Assembly: GCA_031835245.2 (NCBI GenBank)
Contig: JAVKOQ020000035.1
Span: forward strand, 62,001 to 126,000
Length of the DNA: 64,000 nt
Reading direction: 5' to 3'
Source of the DNA: Balamuthia mandrillaris
Taxonomy: Eukaryota
In this document: positions 1-13,300 of the stretch, piece after piece
How positions within the stretch are numbered: position 1 is the stretch's first letter
Layout: every line of letters begins with the position of its first letter
Program-made: the position numbers and the translations under genes
The notes under the pieces: model-generated
Database searches by the model: none
Told to the model about the DNA's origin: nothing
The model's input: the letters and a program-made list of their open reading frames with translations, nothing else

Positions 1-3000
1 AGAGCTCGTCATTTACTGCGTCTTCATCGTCGTCATCATCAAAGCTGAACAGTTTACATGATTGATGCCTCTTTTTCTTGTTGATAGCAGTTGATTGCTC
101 CTCCGAGAAGGACAGCGTGGAAAAGGGCCAGTCTAAACTGTGTCTACCACGACCGGCGAACATGTTGCAGTAAGAAAGATTTCGGGAGTGATGATGGTTG
201 CTGCTCTTCATCATTCTTCTGGCTCCACGGAAAGAAGAGCCTTCTTTCCTTCTTTCCGTCTTTCCCTCTTCAGTTTCTCGCTGTTCTTCTTCTTCTCTTA
301 CCGTTAGTAGGCCTAAATGAAGTTCATCTCGTTCTTCGTCAATTTCGTGATCTCTCAAGTTGTGTTGCATTTGTTTCTTCCAAAGAGGAGGAATTGATAT
401 TGGACTGTCTGTTGGACCTGCGCTCATCCTTTTATGCTTCTTTGTTTTCTTTTTTTTCCTCCTCTTCTCGTTTTGGCTCTCTGTTTCTTCATGTTGTCGT
501 AAAGCATTGGCATCGTTCTTTTTCTTTTTTTCCTTCGAAGTTGCCGGTAAAGACTGCGACCGTTGTCTTTTAATCTTTCTACTAACATTATTTTCTTCTT
601 CTCCGCTTTCTTCTTTTGCTCTCGTTTCCCTTTCTTTGTCTTCTTCTCTGTTTGTCCTCTTCTCTTCCTCAGGAACCGAAGAAAGACTAGTCTTTGCAGC
701 AGCAGCGGAAGAAGCAATAGTCTTTGGTGCGGATGAAACCGGAATGGAAGAAGAAGAGGCACCAAGAGCAGAGCCGATCTGCTTCATAACGTTGGAACGC
801 GAACGTTGACTTGTATTCGCCTCGAGCGTGTTGAAGACTGTCTGATTGAGGAAGTCCAAAACGCTTTCGGTGTCTTGGTTCAGCTCCCACACTTCAACTC
901 CGAGTAACCAACCTTCTTCTCTCGCCTCTTCCATCAAACCTCCAAGGTTTAATGTGCATGAATACATCTCTGGTTCTTCTTCTTTGGTATCTTCTTCTAT
1001 TTCTTCCATTTCTTTTGCTTCATACGCTTTTTCATCGTTTGTTTCTTGTTGCCCAAGTTGATGAAGCGGTTCACCCAATGTCGTTGAGGTTGATGGAAAG
1101 GCGGAAGACGATGAAGGAGAGAAGAGCGAACGAGAGAAAATGTGCCCACGATCGTTGCAAATGGCAAGAATGATTCTCGTTGTGCCTGTATCCAACTTCA
1201 AAACCGTCTTTCTGAGCTGCTGCCACGAGTCCATCACTTGAACTTTCCATTCTCCGCACCTCTTCACCGTTTCGCACAACAACTTTTGAGAGCCGTTGCG
1301 GTAAGGGCACGACTCTTGTTGTTGAGATGACGATGAAGAAGAAGACAAGGATCGAGAAGGACAGAGGATGTCGCATTCGTTGATGACGAACAAGTACGAT
1401 GAACTCTCATGCATGAGAATTTCTTGTGCATCTTCTTTCTTTGTTGATGGTGTCGCAGTTGTGATCGTGGAAGAAGAGGCTATCAGTTTTGGAGGCTGAT
1501 AACGTTGTTGCAGGTGAACAGTGGCTGTAAAAGTGCTCCCCACTCCTACTTTCGAGGTGAAGCTGCAGTCTCCTCCCATCAGCTGAGCTAACCTTTTCGA
1601 GATGGAGAGACCGAGGCCGGTTCCTCCGTACTTGCGGCTAATGGAAGAGTCAGCTTGCATAAAGCTGGAGAAGATGTACTTCTTTTTGTCTTCTGGAACT
1701 CCAATTCCATTGTCTTCGACACTCATTTGCAGCATTACTCCTTCTTCTCTTTCTTCCCGTTCTCTCTCTTCGCTTGTTTTCGTTTTATTCTCTGCTTCTC
1801 CTTTCTCTTTCTGTTGTGGCGTCACAGTTGTTCCTGTTGAGGAAGAAGAACAAGAAGAAGAAGAACGTTCTTTCTTGAGAAGGCTGATGACTATGTGAAC
1901 GCGAGCAAAAGAGTCTGGAGAGTCATCAGGAATGTCAGTGAACTTAATGGCGTTCGATACAAAGTTCATCAGTATCTGAGTGATCCTCAAAGGGTCACCA
2001 AAGAGAACGTGGGGCACATCTTCAGCAATCTCTGCAGTTATTTTGAAGCGTTGTCTCAAACTCTTTTCGTTTTGTTGATGTAGATGCTGCAAATCTTCGA
2101 GAGAATGTTGCAAGGCAGAAGATGAGTTGGGAGAAGAGGAACGGGAAGGATGAGAGGGAGAAGGATGAGTAGAGGAGGCGGAGCAACAGTTGTTCCAGTT
2201 TACCCTCTTTTGATTCTGAAACTTGTTCTCGAGAAGAGGTTCTGCCAAAGAAAGGATGTGAGAGAGAATCGTCGGGAAGTGAACCAGAACGACATCTAAC
2301 AACAACTTTCCTTCCGTTATCTTTGCGATGTCCAACAAGTCGTTCACCTGAGCCAATAATAACTTGGAGCTTTGTTGAATGCTTTGGACGTACTCTCGTT
2401 GCTCCGCGTTCAACTCCGTTTCCAGAAGAAGACTGTTAAAGCCGATAATCCCGTTGATGGGCGTACGAATCTCATGGCTGACCATGTTCAGAAAGCTGTC
2501 CTTCTCTGAGTTGCTTTTCTCTATCAACTTTCTTCGACTGATGTCTGCCTCATCCACAAGAATAGCTTTCTCTCCAGTCGCTGGATCGATGGTGCATCGA
2601 GCGTAAAGAGAATGCCAATGACCGTTTGCGTTTACGTTATCAGAGCTGTTGTTGTTTGAGGTGGTGTCGTTACTAATGACAGTGTTGAAGGAGGGAGTTC
2701 GCATCAAGACTTCACGATCAAAGACTTTGCCTTCGTTGAGAGCTTGTATGCAATCTTCGAAGTCTTGAGCATGAAAGAATCGGTCTTGAAAGGTAAAAAG
2801 TTCGAGTTGCTCCTTTTCTTCTTCCCCTGATAATTTCGTAACGAGTGATGATTGATTGCTGTGTACATACGAAGATGAAGAGGAAAGGGATGCAGCAGGA
2901 GACGAGGAACTAGAAGAAGAAGCCGAAGAAGGAATGGAAGCAGATAGGAAGGGACTATGAACAACTAATGCGGCGGGATTGAGGTAGAGCGGTTTCAAGT

Positions 3001-3532
3001 CGGACATACGGTAGAGCGAGATCATGCTCAGAGTGTGCGTCATAGCCTCCACTGCACGAAGAGTCTGTTGGTCAACATTTCGATCCACGTCTCCCTCCAC
3101 CATCATTGCTAACCATGGCTCTCGGAATGTAGTTTTAGATTCTTCCTTGTGCTGTTTCTTGTGTTTGTTGCGTATCGTGCTACCGAGAGAAACTCTCCAC
3201 TTCGGCACCTTTTGTTCTTTCTTGTTATCTTTGTTTCTTTCTGTCTTTTGTTCTTGTTTGTTCTCTTCTGCTTCTTTCTTCTCTTTGGCGAGAATAGCCG
3301 GATGAACTTCATTGACGAGAACGGCTGACCCTGTCACTCTCACTGGTCTAGGTTGCTTCAGAGGATAGAACGTCCACCGTTCGGTGAAAGATTCAGAAGG
3401 ACTCGAGAAGAGCTGCTCGCGGCGGTGATGAATCCTCGTTTTCGTAGCCACAGACATGTCCTCTTCATAGTCTCGGGACAACAACTCTCTTAAAACAACA
3501 ACATGTGAATAAACGAAAGAAGAGAGAACCAA

Positions 3533-3568
<36 letters not shown>

Positions 3569-4095
3569 ACGTACTCTAAAGAAGGACTGTTCCAAAGTTG
3601 AAGAGCGGCATGATTCGCCCAATGCATTCTGACATTATCCGGATCGAATATCCATATGGGATGTTTCAACTTGTTCAACACCTCCAAAGAAGCCAAGTCA
3701 ACCGGTTTGCCCCACGTCTTCTCCTTTATTCCTTCCTCGGTTTGTTTCGCGGACTTTTGTTGTTGCGATAGTTTCTCTTTGGAAGAGGTAGGTAAAGAAG
3801 AAGAGGAACGAGGAAGAGCAGGGGAAGAGGGCGCCTCTTCGATTTCGTCAAGGAGTTTTGCTAGTTGCTCTGCACCTTTCTCTTTTTTTGACGCCGCTTT
3901 GTTCTTCTTTGCTTTCTTCTTTTTCTCTTTTTCTCCTTTTGCCTTCTCCGTGCCAGCACTGTTATTCATAGTGTTGGTCTTCTTGTTTTCCTTGTTGTTG
4001 TTCTTCTTCTTCTTCTCTGGTTTCTTCAACAACTGTTTGTTGGTGTTTGGTACCTTCTCTCCATCCATTCGTTCCGAGCGGAACAAACGAACCAC
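1..4095 (-). CDS. Sensor histidine kinase (PAS-like sensor, HisKA, HATPase), probably hybrid type; 3' end runs off the window and the start codon is uncertain
   Basis: Manual translation: H-box FLNMVSHEIRTPINGIIG (~2490-2440), N-box ILMNFVSNAIKFT, G1 VEDNGIG, G2 SRKYGGTGLGLSIS. Intron 3489-3574 (gtacgt...taag) joins ORF 3490..4095 to a frame that was open wherever checked down to position 1. That frame is absent from the ORF track, probably because it has no stop in the window. Confidence 0.9.
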
Positions 4096-4724
4096 TTGCG
4101 GGTCGAAAGCTTGTTCTGTTATTTACACTAGTCGACGAAGAGGAAGCGGATGAAGCGACAGATGAAGACGAGGAGGAGGAAGAAGAAGATATGTTTTTGA
4201 ACATCGTCATCATTCCTGCGCTGCAACTGCATCCGCAGTAAGGACAACCCGAAGAAGGAGAAATGGAAGCGGAGAAGCGCATGCGGCCTTGCAACAACAT
4301 GGCGGCGGTACTGCTGGCAAAGGCTTCCTGTTCTTTGACGGTCCACGAACGACTCTTCCATCTTCCTCCTTCCGTTAAGTTCTGCCATCCCTCATTATGG
4401 CTGCTGCCTCTGCTTTCCACGGCTACATCCGACATCTTTTTGTTTCTTGCTGTCGTTGGTTCGCTGCTGTACAATCCCAAAAAAAAAAAAAGGGAGCTCG
4501 CTGGTGAGTCTGTTTACTGTTCTTTTGCTCTTTGTTTTTTAAGGTGTCAATACAAAACCAAATCGAACAACGAAGCGACCAATATTTACCAGGAGATTAG
4601 CGAAGGGGTACCGTATCCGAGTGAAAGTTTTCCTAAAATAAGACTCATTAGCCATAGCAACCACTTTGAAAGTCACAAGACGATCTGCGTTGTGTCGGAA
4701 CGACACCACTTTCTGGAACGCATT

Positions 4725-7700
4725 TCAAAATCTGGCTGGCGTTGCGATACTGAGAATCATCTCCTTTAACCTGGATAGCTCTTCCATCGCCGGTTTACTC
4801 CTAGCATTTTGAATTTGAAAAAGAATACCATTTAGAGGAAACGAAAAGAAGGAAAGAAGAGGATGAAAATGAACCTTTCCCCAGCAGATAGTCGTCTCTG
4901 TAAAAGAGACATCGCTCGATGCAAATGCGCTTGCTCGGAAGAATTCGCTTTCGGGAGAGTAGTAAAGGTAGTATGTTCTCCCGCCGACAACCGAACGAGT
5001 CCCAGATTTTCGTCTACCCCAACAAAGCTGACGTGCGAGACACAGATGAGTTGAATCTGTTCTGTGGTGGTGCTTGTTTTCGCCTCAGTTTTGTTGACGT
5101 TGTTGAGAGAAGAAGCAGAAAGAAGTTCGGAAGGAAAACGAGAAACTGAAACATCCGCATTTTCTCTCAGTTCGATGGCGAAGATCTTCATCCCCAACGC
5201 TATTGTTTCTCCTTCTTCCTCTTCGTCGTGCATGTGAGACAAATCGGTCAAGAAGATGGTGCGAACAGTGAATGCTTTGCCGCTTCGTGAAAAGTGTCCG
5301 ATGGTCGGTCCGTTCATCCCGATGATCACTCCTACCACTTCTAATTCTTCCATAAAATTTCTCGCCATTCTCAACCATTGTATACTCTCTTCGCCCCCTT
5401 CTTTTTGTTTGTTTTCTGCACCGACGTGTTGTTGTAAAATAGATGAAGAAGAAGAAGAAGAAGCAGAAGAAGAATTGGAAGGAAGAAGAGGCCGTCCATC
5501 AACATCAACGCCAACCCACATTTCATCTTCGTTTTCAACTTCTTCAGATTGTTGTTCTCCACCGTCTCCCGCCATTAACATTTCGTTTTCTTCCTTTTCT
5601 TCATCTTCATAATCTCTTCTTTGTTGTTGTAGAATGCGATGAAGTTTTGGAAAGGTCGTCACGAATCGAGGAAGGAATAATAATTCTTCTTTTCCATTGT
5701 TTTCTTTCTCATTCTCTTTTCCGTTCGTTGTTAATGTTGCATAACGAGTATGTCTTGTCGCGCTCAATTCCAATACTCGCTTCTCTTTCTCTCTTTCTTT
5801 CTCCTTTTCTATCTTCTGTCTCGCCAACATCACTTGTTCTCCGTTTTCGTCCATCATCATCATTTCGAAATCAGAAGTTGTTGTTTCGTTTGTTGTTGAG
5901 GCAATGGTGCTATTGTTGTTGGAGGAAGAGGAAGAAGAAAGCTTTTTGGATGGAGGCTTGGGATTGAGAAAGTAGATTTTGACACAAGTTCCTTCTTTCA
6001 ACAGATCCAAAACAGAAGAAGCCGGTTCCCAAATCGTCAAAATACTAAACCCACTCTTTGGCTTTTTCTTCTTCATTTCAGATAAAGTAGTCGTCGGAAG
6101 AGAAGAAGGCAAATCACGAAGCTTCAAACGAACAAACGGAGTGACTTCGCGTTGACATTCGTTCGGATGTTCATCTATGTACTGTTGAAGTTTACCCTCT
6201 ATCTCCGCTTGTTTGGACAGCTGTACATGTTCGATCTGACGCTGCAACGCTCTTTGTTGCTCCAACGTTAACTGTTGTAGCATTTGCTCTTGTCCCATCA
6301 CCAACATTTGCTCGTAAAGCTCCTCTCCATCGTCACAACTTTCGTTGATTCTGCCGCTTCTTCTTCTTTGATTCGGTCGTTGTCGGTGTCGAGAGATTCT
6401 TTCTTGTCGTTCGTTCTCTTCCAGTTCTTTGATAAAGTCTAGTCGTTTTGCTTCCAGTATCTTCTCTCTTCGCTCTTCAAATTCGCGACAACATACCTCT
6501 TCCTGCACTCGATTTCTAAATATAAACGTCACTTTGCTATCTTGTTCTTCTTCCTCTTCCTCTTCCTCTTCGAGTTTCTGCTTCTTCTGCATCAACGTTT
6601 CGGTCTTCTTCTCCAAGAATAAGAGCGGAAACTGTCGTTGAACCACAACTCGAATGCAAGGAACCAGCCCACCCAAACAATCGATGGAAGGCGTGTTTAC
6701 TGCAAAGACTTTGCTTCGTTGAAATCCCAATTTGGCGTGCCATTTCGCTCTTCTCGTGCTGTTTGCCGAAAGTTGCAGCATCGTTGAGGAGTTAGGATCG
6801 AGTTCTAATGGAGAGATTGCAACATCACCGCCCAAAAGCTTAGCGCCTATAATGCGAAGCTTTTGTCCCACGAAGAGACGACCGAGCGCCAAGTGGCGTG
6901 TTAGGACAGGGTCCAAACGTGCGTTGACGCTGTACCATCCGTCCGTTAGTTCCACTATAGCACAAGTATCAAGAGATGCTTCGGGTTCTTCTTCGTTATC
7001 TTTTTTGGTCGAAAAAGCGGATGAAGAAGAAGCAGCAGAAGAAGACGATGAGAAAGTAGGAAAGAGCGATGTTCCAGTATCAGCTCCGAAGCTACGAATG
7101 GAAGCCACGCATAGGACCATGTGTTTCGCCGGCACTTCATCCCTCTCCAAGATAATCTTCAATGCAGAGCGATGAGCTCGGTTTACTTCTCTCTCATAGC
7201 GATACATCAGCTGTAGTAAGACTCTTTGAGGAGAGAGAAAACCTCGGCAACGATGAGGGAAGCTGCGCTCCATCGCAGCTAGCTTCCACACAATCCATCG
7301 ATAGTGGTTGGCCACCCATTCCTTGGAAAGAAGTTTTTCGTTGGTTCCTGCGTGACGTAACGCCTCCCACATTTCCTCTGGTCCAATAGTGCCTTGAACG
7401 ATTTCGTCTTCCATACCATCTTGTGCACGGCAAGAAGAAGAGGAAGAAGACGACAAAGAAGAGGTTTTCAAAGTTTGAGCATTCGATAATAGAGCTTTGA
7501 TGACATCCGGATCGCTGATCAACGGCTGAACAAGAGGAGAAGAAGCTTTTTGTTCATCACCATCTATGGTGGAAAGAAATACCAGGAATTCGTTAGCATC
7601 GAAGCAAAAGGACTTGGCGGCGATGCTATCCATCGTCATCAACGCGAGCTTGGTTCGTTGTCGATAGATGTCAGAATCGCCATTGTTGGCGACGGGCGAG

Positions 7701-10622
7701 GAACTATTCCAAGGTGATGCAACGAGGGGATCAATATTTTCTTGTTCCTCTTGAGGTTCTTCTGATGCTCGTTCTTTCTCCCCAAGAGAAGATAAAGGAA
7801 GACGAATGATATCTTCGCCCATTTCGAGTTCGAAATTGAACGTTTTGTGATTCTTTGCAGGAGAAGCACTGTTCTCGTTGTTGATATTGTTAGTATCAGT
7901 GTTGCTTTGTCGTTGATCTGTAGGTTTGTTTCGTTGAAGTTTAGGGTCGATTTTGGATCTGGGCATTTGAAATGGAGCACACCCGAACTTGTACTTGCGT
8001 CTGGCCGCTCTGTTCATGACTGAGGAGGTGGAGGAGTCATTTCGATTGGGAGTGGTCGATCGACGAAGACCTTGCCCGACCCTTCTGGTGCTACTGTTAC
8101 TGCTGGGAGATGAAGTCGAAGTGGATTTGGAAGAAAAAGAAGGCGAAGAAGATGAAGGAGTTACGACGAGCTTGGTTGGGGTTGTTAAAGTAGAGAAGGA
8201 AGAAGAGGAAGCAGAAGAAGAAGAAGAAGAAGAAGAAGAAGAAAAAGAAGAAGAAGAAGAAGAAGAAGAAGAAGAAGAAGAAGCGAGGTTGTAGCGGCGT
8301 AAGGATGAAGGGGGAGTAATAAGTCCTCCAGATACAGTGGGTCTCGTTGACATGCCAAAAGGAGAACTAGTTTGAACAAGAGAGGGGGAAGCAGGTGGAA
8401 GAGAAGATGTGGTAGATGGAGCAGTGGTTGAGGTAGGATGACTGAATGGAGTTGTAGTAACCAACTGAGTAGTGCTCTGTGAGCTTGTGTTTTCTTCTGT
8501 TGGAATTGTAATCTGTTGTTGGAGTTTTGTAAACGAGAAGGCGTTAGAAGAGGTAGAAAGATTTTAGAGAGAGAGAGAGAGAGAGAGAGTGCGTACAACT
8601 GTAGGAGTGGTAGTAATAAGCTTAACGATGCTTTCTCTATCAGCTGCTTTGTTATTCTCGGGAGAAGCGGAAGGATAGACAAACGATCGTCTTGGAGCTT
8701 GAACAGAAGGAGACGGGGAAAAATGGTTTCCCAGTTGTGGAGAGAGCGAGCTTTGCTTGTTAGGCGTTTTGGAGATTACGTCGAGACTGTTGTCTCGAAC
8801 TTGGTGAAGGGTTTTAGCGGTCTTGGAAGCAAGTTGTTGACGAGGTTGATACTGATTGTTCTGCTTGAAAGAAACAGGACTCGCGTTTTCGCTGTGTGAG
8901 TGAGGGTAGGGTGGTTGAATGCGGTGTTGAGGATAATGTTGGCTGTTTCTCGCCATTGAAGAAGGATAAGAGCGAGTTGATGGAATTGGGGAAATAGGAG
9001 GAGAGGGAAGAACGTTGCGAGGAAGGTAAGAAGAAGTAGAAGCAGAAGAACCAGAATATGGCGAAGAAGGAGGAGGCAGAGGAAGTGTTGGAGAAGACGA
9101 AACTGGCTCCTGAAACTCTGCCTCTAATGGGGCATACAAATCAGCTTCAAAGTCTGTTTCTACCCCAGCCAAAAGTTCTTGAAGCTGTATGCTGCGTTGT
9201 TCCTCCGAAAGTTGTTGCACTGGTTTTGATGCAAAGAACTCTGCGCTGCTTTCCAGCATCAACGTGGCGCTGGTATCAGCAACGATGATGTGTGACTGCT
9301 TCTCTCCTCGTGGTTGAAGTGTTAGTGAAGATGAAAGGCGAAATTTGTCGTCGTCATCGTCATCTTCTTCCGAAGAACTATCTGCATCGGCGTCATCAAC
9401 AGTGTCTTCTTGTTGACTACACTGACTGCCTGTAGCCAAAGCAAGTAACATGTTGATGTCTTCTTCCTCCTCCTCTTCTTGCTCGTCTGCTTTTCCTTTG
9501 TTTTTTTGATTACCAGAAATTCCAAGGCTTGGCTTCTCTTCGTCCGCTTCTTCTGCATGTTTCTCAGCATCGCTCTCTTGTAGCAACTTCTGAGCTCTCA
9601 ACAAGTTCTCACGACTAAATTCGACCTTCCTTCCGCTGGCTGTTGCAAAGCCACCTTTTCGTGCTAGTGTGAAGTCACCAACATCGGATTGTTTTGCCGA
9701 GTCTAACAACTGTGAAACTTCGAGCCTTTCTACTTTTTCCTCCGTTTCCATTTCGTCCCCTTCCAACGCCAACAACCGTTTTGCCTTTCGCTTTCCCTCA
9801 ATAGAAGTTTCCACGTTTTTGCCCGTTGCAGTCTTAAAGCCAACAAACTGTTGTGGTGTTGTACCTACTTCTTTCTTCTCCTCTTGATTCTGTTTTTCTG
9901 CATCTTCCAATAGCATACGCTTGACTCTTTGTAGGCTCTCCTCTGAAACTTTTACTTTGTTGCCTCTTGCCGTTTGAAACCCTACACTACGTGCAAGACT
10001 CGCCCTCTGATCTTCTTCTTTCGGAGTTTGATGACCAAAGGTGTTCGTTTCTCTTTCTCCTTCGTTATCAACGGCCTCGAAAAGTTGTTTCGCTCGTTTT
10101 ATGCTTTCTTCCGACGCTTTTATGGTGCTGCCTCTTCCTGTCTTGAAGCCTCCAAAAGTAGTCTCATCCAAAGAAGATGAAGGACCGCTACCATCTGCTT
10201 CCTTTTCCACCTCCTCTAAAAGCTGCCTAGCCCGTTCTTTGCCCTTCGCAGAGATTTCCATCTTCTTTCCTCTTCCTGTATGGAACCCCATCAATGGTGG
10301 CGATGGTGACACAGTCGTGCTGTGCTGGAGGTTATCTTGTTTCTGTTGCTCGTCTTCTTCATTGTCGTCGTCAGCCAAAACCCGTTTAGCCCGTTGCAAG
10401 CTTTCTTCGGAAAACTCTACCTTCTTACCTCGACCTGTCTGAAACCCTGAAAAGGGACGAGTTGAGCTATCTTGCTGCTGTTGATTTGACGCGCTAAGCG
10501 GTTCATCAACAGTAGCAGAATCAAAAATTTGTTTGGCTCGGTTCATGCTTGCTTCCGACGTTTTAATGGAGTGGCCCCGACCTGTCTTGAAGCCTCCAAC
10601 AGAAATAGCAGCAGCAGCAGAA

Positions 10623-10653
<31 letters not shown>

Positions 10654-12838
10654 AAGAACAAGAAGAAGCGCCGTCCTCTTCGTTCTCTACATCTTCCAAA
10701 AGCTGCCTAGCCCGCTCTTTGCCCTTCGCAGTAATCTCCAACTTTTTGCCTCTTCCAGTACGAAATCCCATCAACAGAGGTTCCGCCGGTGCTGAAGTTG
10801 CTGTGTTTGGGAGGTTCTGGTCCCCGTGTTCTTTATCGTCATTAGCATCCGCCAAAATCCGTTTCGCTCGTTGCAAGCTCTCTTCAGAAAACTCCAGTTT
10901 TTTGCCTCGGCCTGATTGAAACCCTGAAAAAGGGCGAGCTGGGTGATCTTGCTGAGGTTGATTTAACTTTTGTTGTTCTGCATCTTCATCATCAGCAGTA
11001 GAATCGAAAATTTGTTTCGCTCGTTTCATGCTTTCTTCCGAAGCTTTCATGGAGTGGCCTCGTGCTGTCTTGAAGCCTCTAACACCTGAAGCAGTAGAAG
11101 CAGAGGCAGAAAAAAAAGAGGAAGGGCTACCGCTACCGTCGTCTTCGTTCTCCACCTCTTCCAAAAGCTTTTTTGCTCGTTCTTTGCCCTCCGCGGTAAT
11201 ATCCAACTTTTTGCCTCTTCCAGTATGAAATCCTGTCAACAAGGGCTCCGCCGAACAGAGAGCTGTTGCGTTTTGAAGGTAATTGTTCCCTGGTTCTCCT
11301 TCTTCGTTGTTATCATCGTCAGCCAAAATCCGTTTCGCTCGTTGTAAGCTCTCTTTCGAAACCTCCAGCCTTTTGCCTCTACCTGTTTGAAATCCTGAAT
11401 AAGGGGCAGCGGTGTGGCTTGACCGTTGTTGTATTTCTTCGTTGGTTCGCTCTTTTGCCGTTCTTTCGTTTGGAGCAATTGTATCTGCTTCTTCAGCATC
11501 CAGCAATAGTTTCTTGGCTTTGTCCAAGTGTTCGTTTGATGGAAGTGGCATCGTTTGTCCCCTCGCTGTACGAAAACCGCTTGTCACGCCTTCTTTGTCT
11601 GTTTCCGTTCCTTCTCCACTTCTTTTGGACTTCGTCACAATGCGTTTCTGTGCCTCATCCAATAGCAGTTGCTGTCCTCCTCCGTCTGCTCCCTCTTCCT
11701 CTCCATCACTCATCATCAACTGCTTGGCCTTTGCCAGGCTTTCCTCTGAAAACTGGAGCTTCTTTCCTCCAGCAGTTTGAAATCCAGTCATGGAACGAAG
11801 CATTCTGGATGCTGATGTTGATGTTGATTGCTCTTTATCTCTTTCTTCGCTGTTCTTATCGTCTTCACGTTGTGGTTGTTGCCCGCCGTCTCCTTCAAGA
11901 TCTTCATTGTCGACTGCCCCCGATAGGCTCTTGGCTCGTTTCATTCCTGCTTCAGTTAACTCCACCTTCTTGCCACTGGCTGTTCTAAATCCCATCAAAG
12001 GAACAAAGTCATTGTTGTTCTCTTTGTCTTGCTCTTCTTTTTTCTCTTGGTCAGGTTTAGGCTCTGTATCGTCAACTTCAACCTCCAATAACAGTTTTTT
12101 TGCTTTTTGAAGGCTCTCCTCGGAGGAGGGCTTCATCCGCTTTCCGCTTGCTGCTTGAAACCCGGATATCCTTCGCGGAGCACTCTTCGCCTCAGCTCCT
12201 TGGTTCGTGTCAAGGTAAGACCGTTTGGTACCTCTTTCTTTGCTTGTTGGCGGCGAGACAGCGCTCTCCTCTAGTACTTCGCCTGTTCGTTCTTCTTCTT
12301 CTGCCATCAACCGTTTTGCTCGTTGAAGGCTGTCCTTAGAAAAGGACAGTTGTTGTCCTCTAGCTGTTCTGAAGCCCACCAAAGCTGGTGCCGAAGCGGC
12401 AGAAAAAGAAGAAGAAGAAGAAGAAGAAGAAGAAGAAGCGCTGTGAGGACTTGTACGTGTGCTATCCGTCGTGTTATCTCCGTTATCCTCGTTGTCCGGT
12501 TCTTCCTCTGCCATCAACCGTTTTGCTCGTTGTAGACTGTCCTTAGAGAAGGACACCTTCTGTCCTCTCGCAGTTCTAAATCCCGTCAAAACAGGCACTG
12601 ACGAAGGAGACGATGAAGAAGTAGGAGAGTGGGTTTGTAGCGTGTTGCTACTCGTTTGAATCGCTTCTCCTTCGCTGCTCCTCGCTGTGTTGACATCGTC
12701 GTCATCCTCGAGTTGCATACGTTGCTGGGCCTGACGGAGGGCCGCAGCGGAGACTTGCACTCGGTTGCCTCGTCCTGTTGTAAACGAGGACCCAAAAGGC
12801 GGCCGTCCACCAGGAGCGCCATCATCTAGACTTTGCAT
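4725..12838 (-). CDS. BRCA2: BRCA2 homologue, ~2650 aa, with 19 BRC repeats plus helical/OB DNA-binding domain
   Basis: Repeats of GFxT(A/G)xGKK...SLxRAKxL. DNA-binding domain motifs WVANHYRWIVWKL, YRYERE, ELTDGWY, LFVGQKL and ANSTRRAKWHAKLGF. Introns at 8513-8596 (in-frame, 84 nt) and 4801-4874. Confidence 0.96.
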
Positions 12839-13300
12839 CGTGTAACGAGATCTTGTAAAATGAAAAAAAAACACAAAACAGAGTGAATTTTACGACAACA
12901 AGAATTGTTTCCCAAAAAAAAAACAAAGAGAGGAAGGAGGACAAACATACCCACACCACTAACCACCACCAAAAAGATGGTTGATCACCTTCCTTCCACC
13001 TTCTCTCTACCCTATTTTGTTTTGTTGATTGGAAAATAAATTTGAATTTCCTGGAATTATTTTGGAATAGATGTTTCCTGTCGACAAGCACCCGAGCACA
13101 TATGGACCACAAATGGAGCAGATTTCATGGTCGAATGTCGACAAAAATAATTTGTTCGGGGAAAGAAAAAAAATTGTGTGGGCAGAGAAGAAAGAGATCC
13201 GATCTCCAGCACGCCACACAACCAAAGGGGTTCTTACACAAAACCACCCAAAAAAAAAAAAAACCACAAAAGCAGTGGGTTTACCAGGAAAGCAAGCAGA

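Noticed and set aside
91..3312. Many short ORFs on both strands over the kinase region
   Set aside because: They are shadow ORFs of the long minus-strand histidine kinase exon.
3962..4480. 172-aa ORF upstream of the kinase, as a separate gene or first exon
   Set aside because: It is in a different frame from the kinase exon, has no recognisable domain, and I found no convincing joining intron; left unresolved.
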